From NCBI GenBank assembly GCA_965213675.1, contig CBDCAF010000003.1, positions 1 to 37,031 on the forward strand: 37,031 nt of DNA, in the 5' to 3' direction. The DNA is from an uncultured Candidatus Binatia bacterium (GTDB lineage Bacteria; Desulfobacterota; Binatia; UBA9968; JAJDTQ01). The notes beneath the pieces were generated by a model. The model was given only the letters and a program-made list of their open reading frames with translations. It did not search any database and had not been told where the DNA came from. This document shows positions 1-8,669 of the stretch, piece by piece. Both the position numbers and the translations under genes were made by a program. The stretch's first letter is position 1. Every line of letters begins with the position of its first letter.

Positions 1-191
1 GCAAGAAAGTCCAGTTCGGCCACGCGGTTCAAGTCCACCAGATGCGCGGGCCGGGCCAGCCGGAAGTTCATCAGCGGCACCAGGCTCTGGCCGCCGGCCA
101 GCACCCGCGCCTCCTCACCGAGACCGGCGAGCAAGGATGTGGCCTCGGCCAACGTCGCGGGACCGTGATACTCGAAGGACGCCGGTTTCAT
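1..191 (-). CDS. Xanthine/CO dehydrogenase family FAD-binding (medium) subunit, CoxM/CutM-like; 5' part only, runs off the window
   Basis: Manual translation from ATG at 191 (or 194): MKPASFEYHGPATLAEATSLLAGLGEEARVLAGGQSLVPLMNFRLARPAHLVDLN. It contains the AGGQSL FAD motif and the typical MKPAxFeY N-terminus. Absent from the ORF track because it is truncated. Confidence 0.9.
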   Translation of the reverse strand, partial: MKPASFEYHGPATLAEATSLLAGLGEEARVLAGGQSLVPLMNFRLARPAHLVDLNRVAELDFL

Positions 192-236
192 CATCCACTC
201 CGAAGCCGCTGCGGTGGGGCTGGCCACTGCAACATC

Positions 237-391
237 CTGGTGTCGTGTCCCGCGAGAATTTGCGGGTCTTTTTCGCCGTCGGCTGCGTTGCTCTTCCTCG
301 CGTGGTACACGCCACTGCTCGTCATCGCGCCTTGCCGACAACTAAAAATCCTCCGCACATTATGACGCGAATTAACCAGACACCACACTAG
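237..391. mobile_element. Degenerate copy of the CTAG-ended MITE-like palindromic element
   Basis: Close match to 24833-24995. The right end is nearly intact (attatgacgcgaattaaccagacaccacactag) and the left end is eroded (ctggtgtcgtgtc). Confidence 0.85.
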
Positions 392-440
392 CGCCGGATT
401 GTAGTCCGGCCGTCTGGGAAACGCCAGTCACGGGCACCGC

Positions 441-506
441 CCTGTCGCGGCCACCGGCGGTCGCCGCGACAGGCGCAACACGTTGCAGGGACCACCGGCG
501 GTCGCC
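441..506. repeat. REP-like hairpin and direct repeat
   Basis: Perfect 11-bp stem cctgtcgcggc (441-451) / gccgcgacagg (463-473). The 15-mer ccaccggcggtcgcc occurs at 451-465 and 492-506. Confidence 0.6.
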
Positions 507-815
507 CCCTTTTCACGGGCGCCACGCGCGGAATAACAACGCAACCCACGGCAAAGCACCGATGGATCGCGGACGCCTGCGCAACACCACACCAGCGGGT
601 CGATGCCACCAAGCGATGGCGTGGGCGAGCGCGGTGGCTGTGTGCGGTTGCGTTGGGTTGTTTGAGAGGCGTCCCCTTTTCAGGGTAGCATCCCCTTTTC
701 ACGGTATCCCTTGGTTCTTTGGCATGGAGCGTCGCGCGCCCCGGGCATTGAACTCGGGCATTGGGCCGGTGCATTCGACCCGCACACGCGGCGCAGCACA
801 CAGGAGTTTCCGGAA

Positions 816-3143
816 ATGAGCCATACGAACTCCCGGCGCGTTCAAACATCCCTTCACTGGGGCGCCTACCAGGTCGAGGTTCAGGACGGACGCATTGTGG
901 CCGCGCACCCGTTCGCCGGCGATCCGGATCCGTCGCCCATCGGCCAGTCGCTCCCTGACGTGGTGCAACACCGCTGCCGGGTGGCGCAACCCATGGTGCG
1001 CCAAGGCTGGCTGGAGCGGGGCCCCGAGCATCATGGGGGCGGCCGCGGCGCCGAACCGTTCGTCCCGGTGAGTTGGGACGAGGCGCTCGACCTGGTGGCC
1101 GGGGAGTTGCGGCGCGTGCGCGACGCGTACGGCAACGAGGCGATTTTCGGCGGCTCCTACGGCTGGGCCTCCGCGGGCCGGTTCCACCACGCCCAGAGCC
1201 AGCTTCACCGTTTCCTCAACCAGGCCGGCGGCTATGTCCGGTCGGTCAACACCTACAGCTACGCGGCCGGTGAAGTCATCATCCCCCACGTCTTCGGATA
1301 CGACTGGTACTCGGTGCGCGACGGGGCCACTTCGTGGCCGGTGATCGCAAGGGAGACGGAGCTGGTGGTCAGCTTCGGCGGCATTCCGCTCAAGAACACG
1401 CAGGTCAGCGCCGGCGGCATCGCCCGGCATACGACGCGTGACTGGCTCCAACGGTGCCGCAGGAACGGCGTGGCGTTCGTGAACGTCAGTCCGGTGAGGG
1501 ACGACGCCGCGGCCTTCCTCGAGGCGGAGTGGCTGGCCCCGCGGCCCAACACCGACACGGCGCTCATGTTGGGGCTGGCCCACACGCTGCTCCAGGAAGG
1601 TCTCCACGACGAGACGTTTCTGGAAAAGTACTGTACCGGCTTCGAGGTGTTCCGCGCCTACCTCATGGGTGAAACGGACGGCCGTCCCAAGGACCCGGAA
1701 TGGGCGGCAGCCGTGTGCGGCATTGCGGCGAGCGCCATTCGCGACCTGGCGCGGCGCATGGCCGCGAGCCGCACGCTCATCACCGTGAGCTGGTCGCTGC
1801 AACGGGCCGACCATGGAGAACAGCCCTATTGGATGGCCGCGGTGCTGGCCGCGATGCTGGGACAGATCGGGCTTCCCGGCGGTGGCATCGGCTACGGCTA
1901 CGGTTCCACCGGCGCCATCGGCAATCCGGTGCGGGCCACGGGCGGGATCACGTTGCCCCAGGGCGCGAACCCGGTGTCATCCTTCATCCCGGTGGCGCGC
2001 ATCACCGACATGCTGCTCCACCCGGGCGAGCCCTTCGACTATGACGGCCGGCGCCTCGTATATCCCGACATCCGTCTCGTCTATTGGTGCGGCGGCAATC
2101 CCTTCCACCATCACCAGGACCTCAACCGGCTGGTGGAGGCATGGCAACGCCCCGAAACCATCATCGTCCACGAACCTTGGTGGAACGCGCTGGCGCGGCA
2201 TGCAGACATTGTGCTGCCGGCCACCACGCCGCTGGAACGAAACGACATCGGCAGGCAGGCTTCCGATCCCATCGTGTTCGCCATGGCCCAAGCCATTCCT
2301 CCCGTCGGCGAGGCGCGGAACGACTACGACATCTTCTCCGGGGTTGCGGGGCGACTGGATTTCGCGGAGCGCTTCACCGAAGGCCGGTCGGAGGACGATT
2401 GGCTCCGGAGCCTCTATGACGAACTTCGGAGCGCCTTCATCCGCGACGGCATCGAGTTGCCGCCCTTCGACGCCTTCTGGAGCGCCGGTCACATCACCCT
2501 GCCCACCAGCGGCGAAGAAAAAGTGCTGCTCGCGCGCTTCCGGGAGAACCCCGCGGCGCACCCGTTGCCCACCCCGTCCGGCCGCATCGAGATCTTTTCG
2601 GACACTGTCGCGGGTTTCGGCTACGGCGACTGCCCCGGTCATCCGGCCTGGATCGAGCCGGCGGAGTGGCTGGGCGCGGAGGAAGCCCGGAGCTTCCCGC
2701 TCCACCTCATCTCCAACCAGCCCGCCACGAGGCTGCACAGCCAGCACGACCCGGGCGCGGTGAGCCTGGCCAACAAGGTGCAGGGCCGCGAGCCACTGCT
2801 GATCCATCCCGCCGCGGCCGCTGCCCGGGAAATCACGGATGGCAGCGTCGTGCGCGTGTACAATGATCGCGGAAGCTGCCTGGCCGGGGTTCGCGTTACC
2901 GACAGCGTCTTGCCCGACGTAGTCGTGCTCGCCACCGGCGCCTGGTACGACCCCGCCGCGCCCGGCGGATTGGACCGGCACGGCAACCCCAACGTCCTGA
3001 CCCTGGACAAGGGGACCTCCCGTCTGGCCCAGGGTCCCATCTCACAGACGGCGCTGGTGGAGGTGGAGGCGTTCCACGGAGAATTGCCGGCCGTGCGCGC
3101 CTTCGAGCCGCCCTCTCTTGCCGCCCGCGCGACAGAACCCTAG
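816..3143 (+). CDS. Molybdopterin (bis-MGD) S/N-oxide reductase, BisC/TorZ/DMSO-reductase type, probably cytoplasmic
   Basis: Motifs HWG, GGSYGWASAGRFH, NTYSYAAG (Ser Mo ligand), GGNPFHHHQD, RLHSQ and GNPNVLTLD. SD caggag lies upstream of ATG 816. No Tat signal seen. Confidence 0.93.
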   Translation: MSHTNSRRVQTSLHWGAYQVEVQDGRIVAAHPFAGDPDPSPIGQSLPDVVQHRCRVAQPMVRQGWLERGPEHHGGGRGAEPFVPVSWDEALDLVAGELRRVRDAYGNEAIFGGSYGWASAGRFHHAQSQLHRFLNQAGGYVRSVNTYSYAAGEVIIPHVFGYDWYSVRDGATSWPVIARETELVVSFGGIPLKNTQVSAGGIARHTTRDWLQRCRRNGVAFVNVSPVRDDAAAFLEAEWLAPRPNTDTALMLGLAHTLLQEGLHDETFLEKYCTGFEVFRAYLMGETDGRPKDPEWAAAVCGIAASAIRDLARRMAASRTLITVSWSLQRADHGEQPYWMAAVLAAMLGQIGLPGGGIGYGYGSTGAIGNPVRATGGITLPQGANPVSSFIPVARITDMLLHPGEPFDYDGRRLVYPDIRLVYWCGGNPFHHHQDLNRLVEAWQRPETIIVHEPWWNALARHADIVLPATTPLERNDIGRQASDPIVFAMAQAIPPVGEARNDYDIFSGVAGRLDFAERFTEGRSEDDWLRSLYDELRSAFIRDGIELPPFDAFWSAGHITLPTSGEEKVLLARFRENPAAHPLPTPSGRIEIFSDTVAGFGYGDCPGHPAWIEPAEWLGAEEARSFPLHLISNQPATRLHSQHDPGAVSLANKVQGREPLLIHPAAAAAREITDGSVVRVYNDRGSCLAGVRVTDSVLPDVVVLATGAWYDPAAPGGLDRHGNPNVLTLDKGTSRLAQGPISQTALVEVEAFHGELPAVRAFEPPSLAARATEP

Positions 3144-3173
3144 AAGTCTGTCATCATGCACATGCCGGAACCT

Positions 3174-3268
3174 GGAGAAGGAAGGTGCCCGGTGGCGCCG
3201 CTGGTCTTCAAAACCAGTCTGAGGGCCGTAAGGTTCTCGGAGGGTTCGACTCCCTCCCTTCTCCGCCA
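3174..3268 (+). tRNA. selC: tRNA-Sec (anticodon UCA)
   Basis: 8-bp acceptor stem GGAGAAGG/CCTTCTCC plus GCCA. Anticodon stem-loop ctggt-cTTCAAA-accag, long variable arm, T-loop GGTTCGACTCC. Length 95 nt. Confidence 0.96.
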
Positions 3269-3447
3269 AAGTTTTTGGTAAATTACTTGTTTTACAATGG
3301 GTTAGGCGCGATACGCTCTAATGATTATCACTTTATTTATCATAAGAACCTTGGCTACTTGGGGCACTTTCTGATCCGTTGCGGCGTCCGACTGCGTGGC
3401 CGCATCACTCCCCACAATGACCGGTAAGCGGCAGGAGGGTTGAGACC

Positions 3448-3765
3448 ATGACATTGACGCGCGATTTCAGAGTGACGATCCGGGAGCGGCTGGAGCGCGA
3501 TCCGGGCTTCCGGGAGGCGCTACTCGAAGAAGGCGTGCAGTGCCTTCTTGCCGGCGAAGTCGATGTCGGAAAGTCAGTTTTGCGCGACTACGTCAACGCG
3601 ACCATAGGGTTCCAGGAACTCGCCGGGCTGACCGCGAAGTCGCCCAAGAGCCTAATGCGCATGCTCAGTCCGAACGGCAATCCGCAGGCGCGTAATCTCT
3701 TCGAGATCATCAGCTGTCTTCAGGAACGCGAGGGACTGCACCTCAAAGTGCAGGCGACTCGATGA
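3448..3765 (+). CDS. HTH DNA-binding protein, addiction-module antidote type; orphan antitoxin
   Basis: MTLTRDFRVTIRERLERDPGFREALLEEG...LRDYVNATIGFQELA...KSPKSLMRMLSPNGNP resembles the antitoxins usually downstream of RelE/ParE-like toxins. SD ggagg upstream. Confidence 0.8.
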   Translation: MTLTRDFRVTIRERLERDPGFREALLEEGVQCLLAGEVDVGKSVLRDYVNATIGFQELAGLTAKSPKSLMRMLSPNGNPQARNLFEIISCLQEREGLHLKVQATR

Positions 3766-4021
3766 CTGACACCACCTCAATGATTCGATTTCCCGACGAC
3801 TGAATGTCACTTACACGCTCTCCGGAGAAGATCCGCCTTAAGTTCCCTTGCCTTTTCGGACAGCCGGTCGTCGTCTTCCAAAGCATACAACACCCCCAAT
3901 GGGCTCGAATGCAATTTCCAGGTTCATCCAACCGTCACCGCTTCTGTTGTGTGGTGCTGAATTCCAACATGGCTTACCGCTGTGGCAAATCACCATATCA
4001 AAACTCACCTGGAACCACGCC

Positions 4022-5257
4022 ATGAGCAACACCACCGACCCTTCGGCCGCCGTGCCGGATGCGGTGGCCCCGGAAGAACCGTCCCGCGGCCGCGTACTCG
4101 GGCTGCTGACCATGGGGCACGGCGTGACGCACGTGTTTCAGGGAACCATGGCGGTGTGCCTGCCACTGGTGGTGCGCGATTTCGGCATCTCCTACACCGA
4201 CATCGGCGTGCTGCGCTCGGCACAGCGGGTGTCCCACATCCTGAGCATCACCATCGGCGGCCTGGCCACCGACCTGTTGCGCGACCGCCGGGGCGTCCTG
4301 CTGCTGTCGCTCCTGTGGCCCTCCCTGTTCGTCTCCCTCCAGGGGTTTTCGCCGACCTTCTGGATCTTCGGCGCGCTGGTGTGCATCCAGGCTCTGTTGG
4401 GCGGTTTTATGTGGCACGCCCCTGCACGCGCGGTGGTGGGCGAGAAGTTTCCGGACCGCATGGGTTTCGCCCTGGGGGTACACGCCATGGGGGCCAACGT
4501 CGGCGCGGCCCTGGCCCCCATTGTGGTGGGCGCGCTGCTCACCTGGATCACGTGGCGCACGGCCTACCTGTTCCAGTTCGTGCCGGGCGTCGCCATCGCC
4601 ATCTTCCTTTGGTTGGTGCTGCCGCCCTTGCGTCATGACGCCACGGCGCGCAACCGTTCCGCTTCCTACGGCAAGGCCTTGCGCGGCGAAATCCTCACCA
4701 ATCTGCCGCTCATGGGCGTGACCCTGGTGGCGGCGCTGCGCTCCATCGGCGAAAACCTGGTCCCAACCTTCCTGCCGCTCTACCTGACCACGGACCTGAA
4801 CATGGGCATCGCCACGGTGGGACTCTACCTGGCCTGCCTGGCGCTGGTGGGCACCATCTTCGCGCCGGTCATCGGCCACCTCTCCGACCGCTTCGGACGA
4901 AAGATCACCATCTTCCTTTCGCTCCTCACCGGCGGCCTGCTCATCGGCGCCATCCCGCTCATGCCGTCCGGGTGGTTCCTGCTGCCGGTGGTGTCCCTCG
5001 GCGGCATGGCGCTCTTCGCCGTGGGGCCCATCATCCAGGCCAACGGGCTGGAGCACGCGCCCAGAGACATCTGGGGCGCGGCCCAGACCTTCATGGACGT
5101 GGGACGCTCGACCCTGTCGCTGGTGTTTCCACTGGTGGCCGGCGCCGTGGCCGACACCTACGGCCTCCGCTACACCTTCTATCTTTTCGGCGCCATCAAC
5201 CTGTTGGGCGCGGTCACCATCCTGGCGGTTCCCGCCGCGCGCGAGCAAGCACGGTAG
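4022..5257 (+). CDS. MFS transporter
   Basis: About 12 hydrophobic segments; MFS motif A variants GLATDLLRDRR and GHLSDRFGRK. Confidence 0.92.
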   Translation: MSNTTDPSAAVPDAVAPEEPSRGRVLGLLTMGHGVTHVFQGTMAVCLPLVVRDFGISYTDIGVLRSAQRVSHILSITIGGLATDLLRDRRGVLLLSLLWPSLFVSLQGFSPTFWIFGALVCIQALLGGFMWHAPARAVVGEKFPDRMGFALGVHAMGANVGAALAPIVVGALLTWITWRTAYLFQFVPGVAIAIFLWLVLPPLRHDATARNRSASYGKALRGEILTNLPLMGVTLVAALRSIGENLVPTFLPLYLTTDLNMGIATVGLYLACLALVGTIFAPVIGHLSDRFGRKITIFLSLLTGGLLIGAIPLMPSGWFLLPVVSLGGMALFAVGPIIQANGLEHAPRDIWGAAQTFMDVGRSTLSLVFPLVAGAVADTYGLRYTFYLFGAINLLGAVTILAVPAAREQAR

Positions 5258-5297
5258 CAACCCGCGCCGAACCCGTCACCGTGCCACGCAACGGAAC

Positions 5298-5435
5298 TGG
5301 CCTTCCCCGGGATTGGTGGACAGGTTGGTTAAGGTACCGGTGCCATCCGCTCGAAGCGTGCTGGTGTGCAGTAGCCGAGTGGCGACGTTGCCGATTGTAG
5401 AACACTTCGATGAACTCGAAGATCGCGGCCCTCAT
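5298..5435 (-). mobile_element. IS3-family remnant: C-terminus of the transposase plus one terminal IR
   Basis: Minus-strand peptide RAAIFEFIEVFYNRQRRHS (IS3 OrfB C-terminal motif) and an IS3-like terminus TGGCCTTCCCCGGGATTGGTGGACA at 5298-5322. The rest of the transposase is absent. Confidence 0.8.
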
Positions 5436-5569
5436 TGTACCGTCGAATCTGGTCCGCGGAATGGCGAGAACTTCGGCCAGCGTCAGGTAGTCACGTTGGG
5501 CGAGCTTCTTGTAGAGCCGCGCCATAGCGGGTCTGGGACATGGCGCATTTCTTGTTGATGGACGGCCGT

Positions 5570-5890
5570 TTACGTCTTCAGTTCCTGTTGAGCGAAGAGC
5601 GGCTGCCTCACCTCGTCCATATGGGCTCTGAGCGGTCGATACGTCGTAAGGTGGTAGCCCATCACGTCAACCGCAACCGGAAGGCTACTCTCGTGAAACA
5701 GCGTCCACAGACGATCGATGGTTCTTTCGTCCAGTTGACCGTGCAGGACCAAGTCTATGTCTGAATCCGGACGGCAAACGCCTGTGGCGCGCGAACCGAA
5801 AAGGTCCACGCGAGTGATAACGTCCGCATAAGGCGCAAGAATCCGTTTAATCGTGACTAGCTGCTTGGCTGTAAGGCCGTGGTCCATCAA
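5570..5890 (-). CDS. Minimal nucleotidyltransferase (MNT) antitoxin, HI0073/MntA-like
   Basis: LFGSRATGVCRPDSDIDL matches GS-x10-DxD; 106 aa; directly downstream of the HEPN gene. Confidence 0.9.
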   Translation of the reverse strand: MMDHGLTAKQLVTIKRILAPYADVITRVDLFGSRATGVCRPDSDIDLVLHGQLDERTIDRLWTLFHESSLPVAVDVMGYHLTTYRPLRAHMDEVRQPLFAQQELKT

Positions 5891-5892
5891 AC

Positions 5893-6309
5893 CTACTCTA
5901 CGCTCTCTTCAAGCAGCTTCGTATAGAGCTCATCCATGACCGCCAAGTAGCGGCTTCTGATGCTGTCGATCACATCCCTGAACTTCTTGAAGTCGTAGGT
6001 ATGGGACATCTTGCTGCGGTCATCCAGTGCATCCATCCACGTCTCACCGTCGCTGACCAGCCTGGACGAAAACGCAGCGCGTATGACCGCCCGAGGAGTA
6101 ACCTGCCGCAAGACGAGATTCTCGTTTTCCAGGTAGTCCTTCATGACGTTCCAAGCCAACTCCATCGTATACTCAAAGCGTTGAATGACACCCTCCTGCT
6201 CCAACTGGCTGAATTCCCGGTCTTCGTCAAGGGCCTCCCTGAGCAAGACGAAGGCACGTTTGTAGTTGTCGAACCGGTACTGCCAGCGCGGTTTCTTTGG
6301 CGGGTTCAT
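5893..6309 (-). CDS. HEPN-type nucleotidyltransferase substrate-binding protein (HI0074 family), putative RNase toxin
   Basis: RWQYRFDNYKRA, EGVIQRFEYTMELAW and RSKMSHTY (RX4HXY motif). Confidence 0.9.
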   Translation of the reverse strand: MNPPKKPRWQYRFDNYKRAFVLLREALDEDREFSQLEQEGVIQRFEYTMELAWNVMKDYLENENLVLRQVTPRAVIRAAFSSRLVSDGETWMDALDDRSKMSHTYDFKKFRDVIDSIRSRYLAVMDELYTKLLEESVE

Positions 6310-6336
6310 GGCGGTGGACTCTGGCGTCGCAAGATA

Positions 6337-6373
6337 CTCAGGGAATTATGCCACCTGAGGTAGGGATTTGCCA
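6337..6373 (-). promoter_or_regulatory. Putative sigma70 promoter of the HEPN-MNT operon with an overlapping inverted repeat
   Basis: Minus strand TGGCAA-17 nt-CATAAT. Inverted repeat CTCAGG (6337-6342) / CCTGAG (6354-6359) flanks the -10 box. Confidence 0.5.
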
Positions 6374-6423
6374 GAAGATTCGGCGCCTTGACCGCGATCC
6401 CCAGAAATAAAGAATGGTGCGGC

Positions 6424-6593
6424 GGGGCGGGTTCTTCGCCATCCGCATGGGCCTCATCCGGGCCATGTTCCTGTCCGGCATCGCCATGGCCTCCACCAAC
6501 CTCCTCTTCGCCGTACTGCATTGGGTCAGAAGTCCGAAACCCTGTTCGCCACCGCCGTGGTGGTGGACGACCTCACCAGCGCCCTCGACACCA
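6424..6593 (+). pseudogene. Internal fragment of an AmpG-like muropeptide MFS permease, frameshifted
   Basis: GGFFAIRMGLIRAMFLSGIAMASTNLLFAVLHWV, then in another frame KSETLFATAVVVDDLTSAL. No start or end of the gene is present. Confidence 0.7.
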
Positions 6594-6611
6594 TATCCGG
6601 GTAAGACCAAA

Positions 6612-6712
6612 CGTCATCCGCTTTTCGCTCCTTCGGCCTGTCCGCCCTTCCTCCGTCACTCCCACCTTTTTTCCCGGTCATGCCCGCCCTTGCTCCGTCA
6701 TTCCCACGCAAG
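6612..6712. repeat. Degenerate ~21-bp tandem array of GTCAY-CCCRC (REP/dRS3 half-sites)
   Basis: gtcatccgc (6613), gtcactcccac (6655), gtcatgcccgc (6677) and gtcattcccac (6697), spaced at about 21 bp or a multiple, with pyrimidine-rich linkers. Confidence 0.55.
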
Positions 6713-6912
6713 CCTTCCCTCGATCCTGCTCGGGGCGAAAAGCAGGTGGGCCGAGGCGGGGACGACGCGCAAGGCGTGCCGATTCGTAACCCCCTGAATT
6801 ATCGAATCATCAGTTCATTTTCATATCAATGAGGTTCTGCTACGTCCCCGCTTGGCACCTCACGACACGGCCTGCTGGCCAGGGCACCTCAAACATCAAA
6901 GGAAAAACCCCT

Positions 6913-8451
6913 ATGTGGATGCTCAAAATGCCCAAACCCCGCCGCAAGACACGGCAAAGTCAACTCAATCCTCACTCCATCATCCTCGTTCTCCTCCTCC
7001 TGGCGGGCTTGGTGGGCTGCGACCAGCGCGACGAGTCGCCGAACGAATCAACACTCGCAAATCCGCAGCCACCGGGAACCCAGTCCGCTCAATTGGATGC
7101 GCTGAAGGACCAGATACAACAACTGCGAAGCGCCTTTGGCGCGCAGTCCGACGTCCTGCAAGAGATACGGAGACGCGTTGTCCTCGCGACCATGCCTCCT
7201 GAGTGGGAAAGCCGCCTCGCGGAACTTGAAGAGCAGGTGAACGACGTCAGCCGATGGCCGAAGAACCCCGGCGAGGCCGAGAGCTTCCTTGAGGGGGTAT
7301 CCGCACTGGTCACTGGCCTCCCATTATGGGCCGAACCGCAGTACCTTCCGCGGCTCTCGCGAATCCGTTGGGCGGCGATGGTATTCACGACTTTGAATGA
7401 CGCGCCGGATGCAGCTTCGCCGCTCGCCGCGAGTACAACCCCAACGACATGCAGGAACGGCTGGAAGCATCTGAATGCGCCGTCCGATGAGACCCTGTCG
7501 CTTGACCAACTGGATCAACGGGTCGACCAACTGCGTGCCTTGGCGACAGCCGCACCGGAAGGCACCGCTGGGGAGTTGGTTTCGCTGATACAGGAGTGCG
7601 CCAACGCACTCCCTGGCGAGGCTATTCGGCGGCGCGTCACCGAGGCCGTACAGCGGGCGGAAGAACTCCTGGAGGGAACTCAGGGCGCCACCGCCAACGT
7701 GGCAGAGGTTGTCGCACTCTACGACGCGCTCGACATCGCTGCGGTAGACCAGGAGGTCGTTGACCCCGACGTCGATATCCCAGCCCTGCGACAGAAGCTA
7801 GAAAAAGAGTTCCGGCGACGCCAAGCCGTTGTGCAGGCCGACAGTTTCCGAAGCGATTGGCAGACCGTACGACAATTCAAGCCCGATCTACCCTCCGTCT
7901 ACGAAGCTCATCAGCCTCAATGGCGTCAGTTCTTGCTTCGGAGAGCGGAGCGCGCTCAACACGCATTCCGCGTGACCGCTCTCAGGACACTACTGCAGCG
8001 GGCGGCATCCTCCCGCGTGGCACTGGTTCTGGCCGGCGTCCACGCGCCGGCCCACGAACGGCTGGAGAGAGAGTTACGTCGTGCCCTCGCCAACCACGAA
8101 GCCGAAGCGACTCGACAGGCTGAAGAGCGCCACGCTCGCGCGTTGCGGTCGTATCAGCGTTGGGCGCTTGGCGAAATCAGGACGTTCAATGGTCAGTTTA
8201 ACAGGATCTCTGAAGAGGCGCCGAAGTTCAGGGACAAGGGGCAGTACAGAGATATCGGGCAAGCCATGGTCAACCATCTCCTGCCGATAAACCGCGCTTT
8301 GCTGGACCTGCCCGTTCACGAGCTCTACGGACAGGCGTTCAAAGCCGGCTGGAGCAAGTTGGACCGACACCACCTTCAAACGGACGTGGCCAAGCATTCC
8401 GCGTTGACCAAGAAGAAGCCACTTCGGGCGTTTCTGGAGGACGATCCCTGA
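6913..8451 (+). CDS. Predicted lipoprotein, helical/coiled-coil, function unknown (start 6913 or 6919)
   Basis: Basic n-region, hydrophobic IILVLLLLAG and lipobox LVG-C. Long heptad-rich helices (LDALKDQIQQLR, ERLERELRRALA). ORF of about 510 codons. Confidence 0.8.
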   Translation: MWMLKMPKPRRKTRQSQLNPHSIILVLLLLAGLVGCDQRDESPNESTLANPQPPGTQSAQLDALKDQIQQLRSAFGAQSDVLQEIRRRVVLATMPPEWESRLAELEEQVNDVSRWPKNPGEAESFLEGVSALVTGLPLWAEPQYLPRLSRIRWAAMVFTTLNDAPDAASPLAASTTPTTCRNGWKHLNAPSDETLSLDQLDQRVDQLRALATAAPEGTAGELVSLIQECANALPGEAIRRRVTEAVQRAEELLEGTQGATANVAEVVALYDALDIAAVDQEVVDPDVDIPALRQKLEKEFRRRQAVVQADSFRSDWQTVRQFKPDLPSVYEAHQPQWRQFLLRRAERAQHAFRVTALRTLLQRAASSRVALVLAGVHAPAHERLERELRRALANHEAEATRQAEERHARALRSYQRWALGEIRTFNGQFNRISEEAPKFRDKGQYRDIGQAMVNHLLPINRALLDLPVHELYGQAFKAGWSKLDRHHLQTDVAKHSALTKKKPLRAFLEDDP

Positions 8452-8669
8452 GCCACCGTCCATTGGAGTAGCTTGCCAGCAGCCACTCCGGCCTTGTACG
8501 TCATGCCAACCCGCGCCTAGCTTTGGGTTCTGCCCAAATGGGCTGACGATGTTACCGGCATAAACGACTCCACCCGAACCGGCCATCCGGCGGGATCAAC
8601 ACGAACCAATCGCGACCACGACGCGTCGATCCCAAGATTAGCCGGCCGCGCCCAAAGGACTCCTACGAC

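Noticed and set aside
816-3143. Selenoprotein because of the adjacent tRNA-Sec
   Set aside because: No in-frame TGA, the Mo ligand is Ser and the gene ends in TAG. I saw no convincing UGA+SECIS gene in the window, though this was not searched exhaustively.
3770-4020. Short ORFs in the lower-GC spacer (and similarly at 14430-14640)
   Set aside because: No recognisable motif or ribosome-binding site; probably debris and cannot be assigned by eye.
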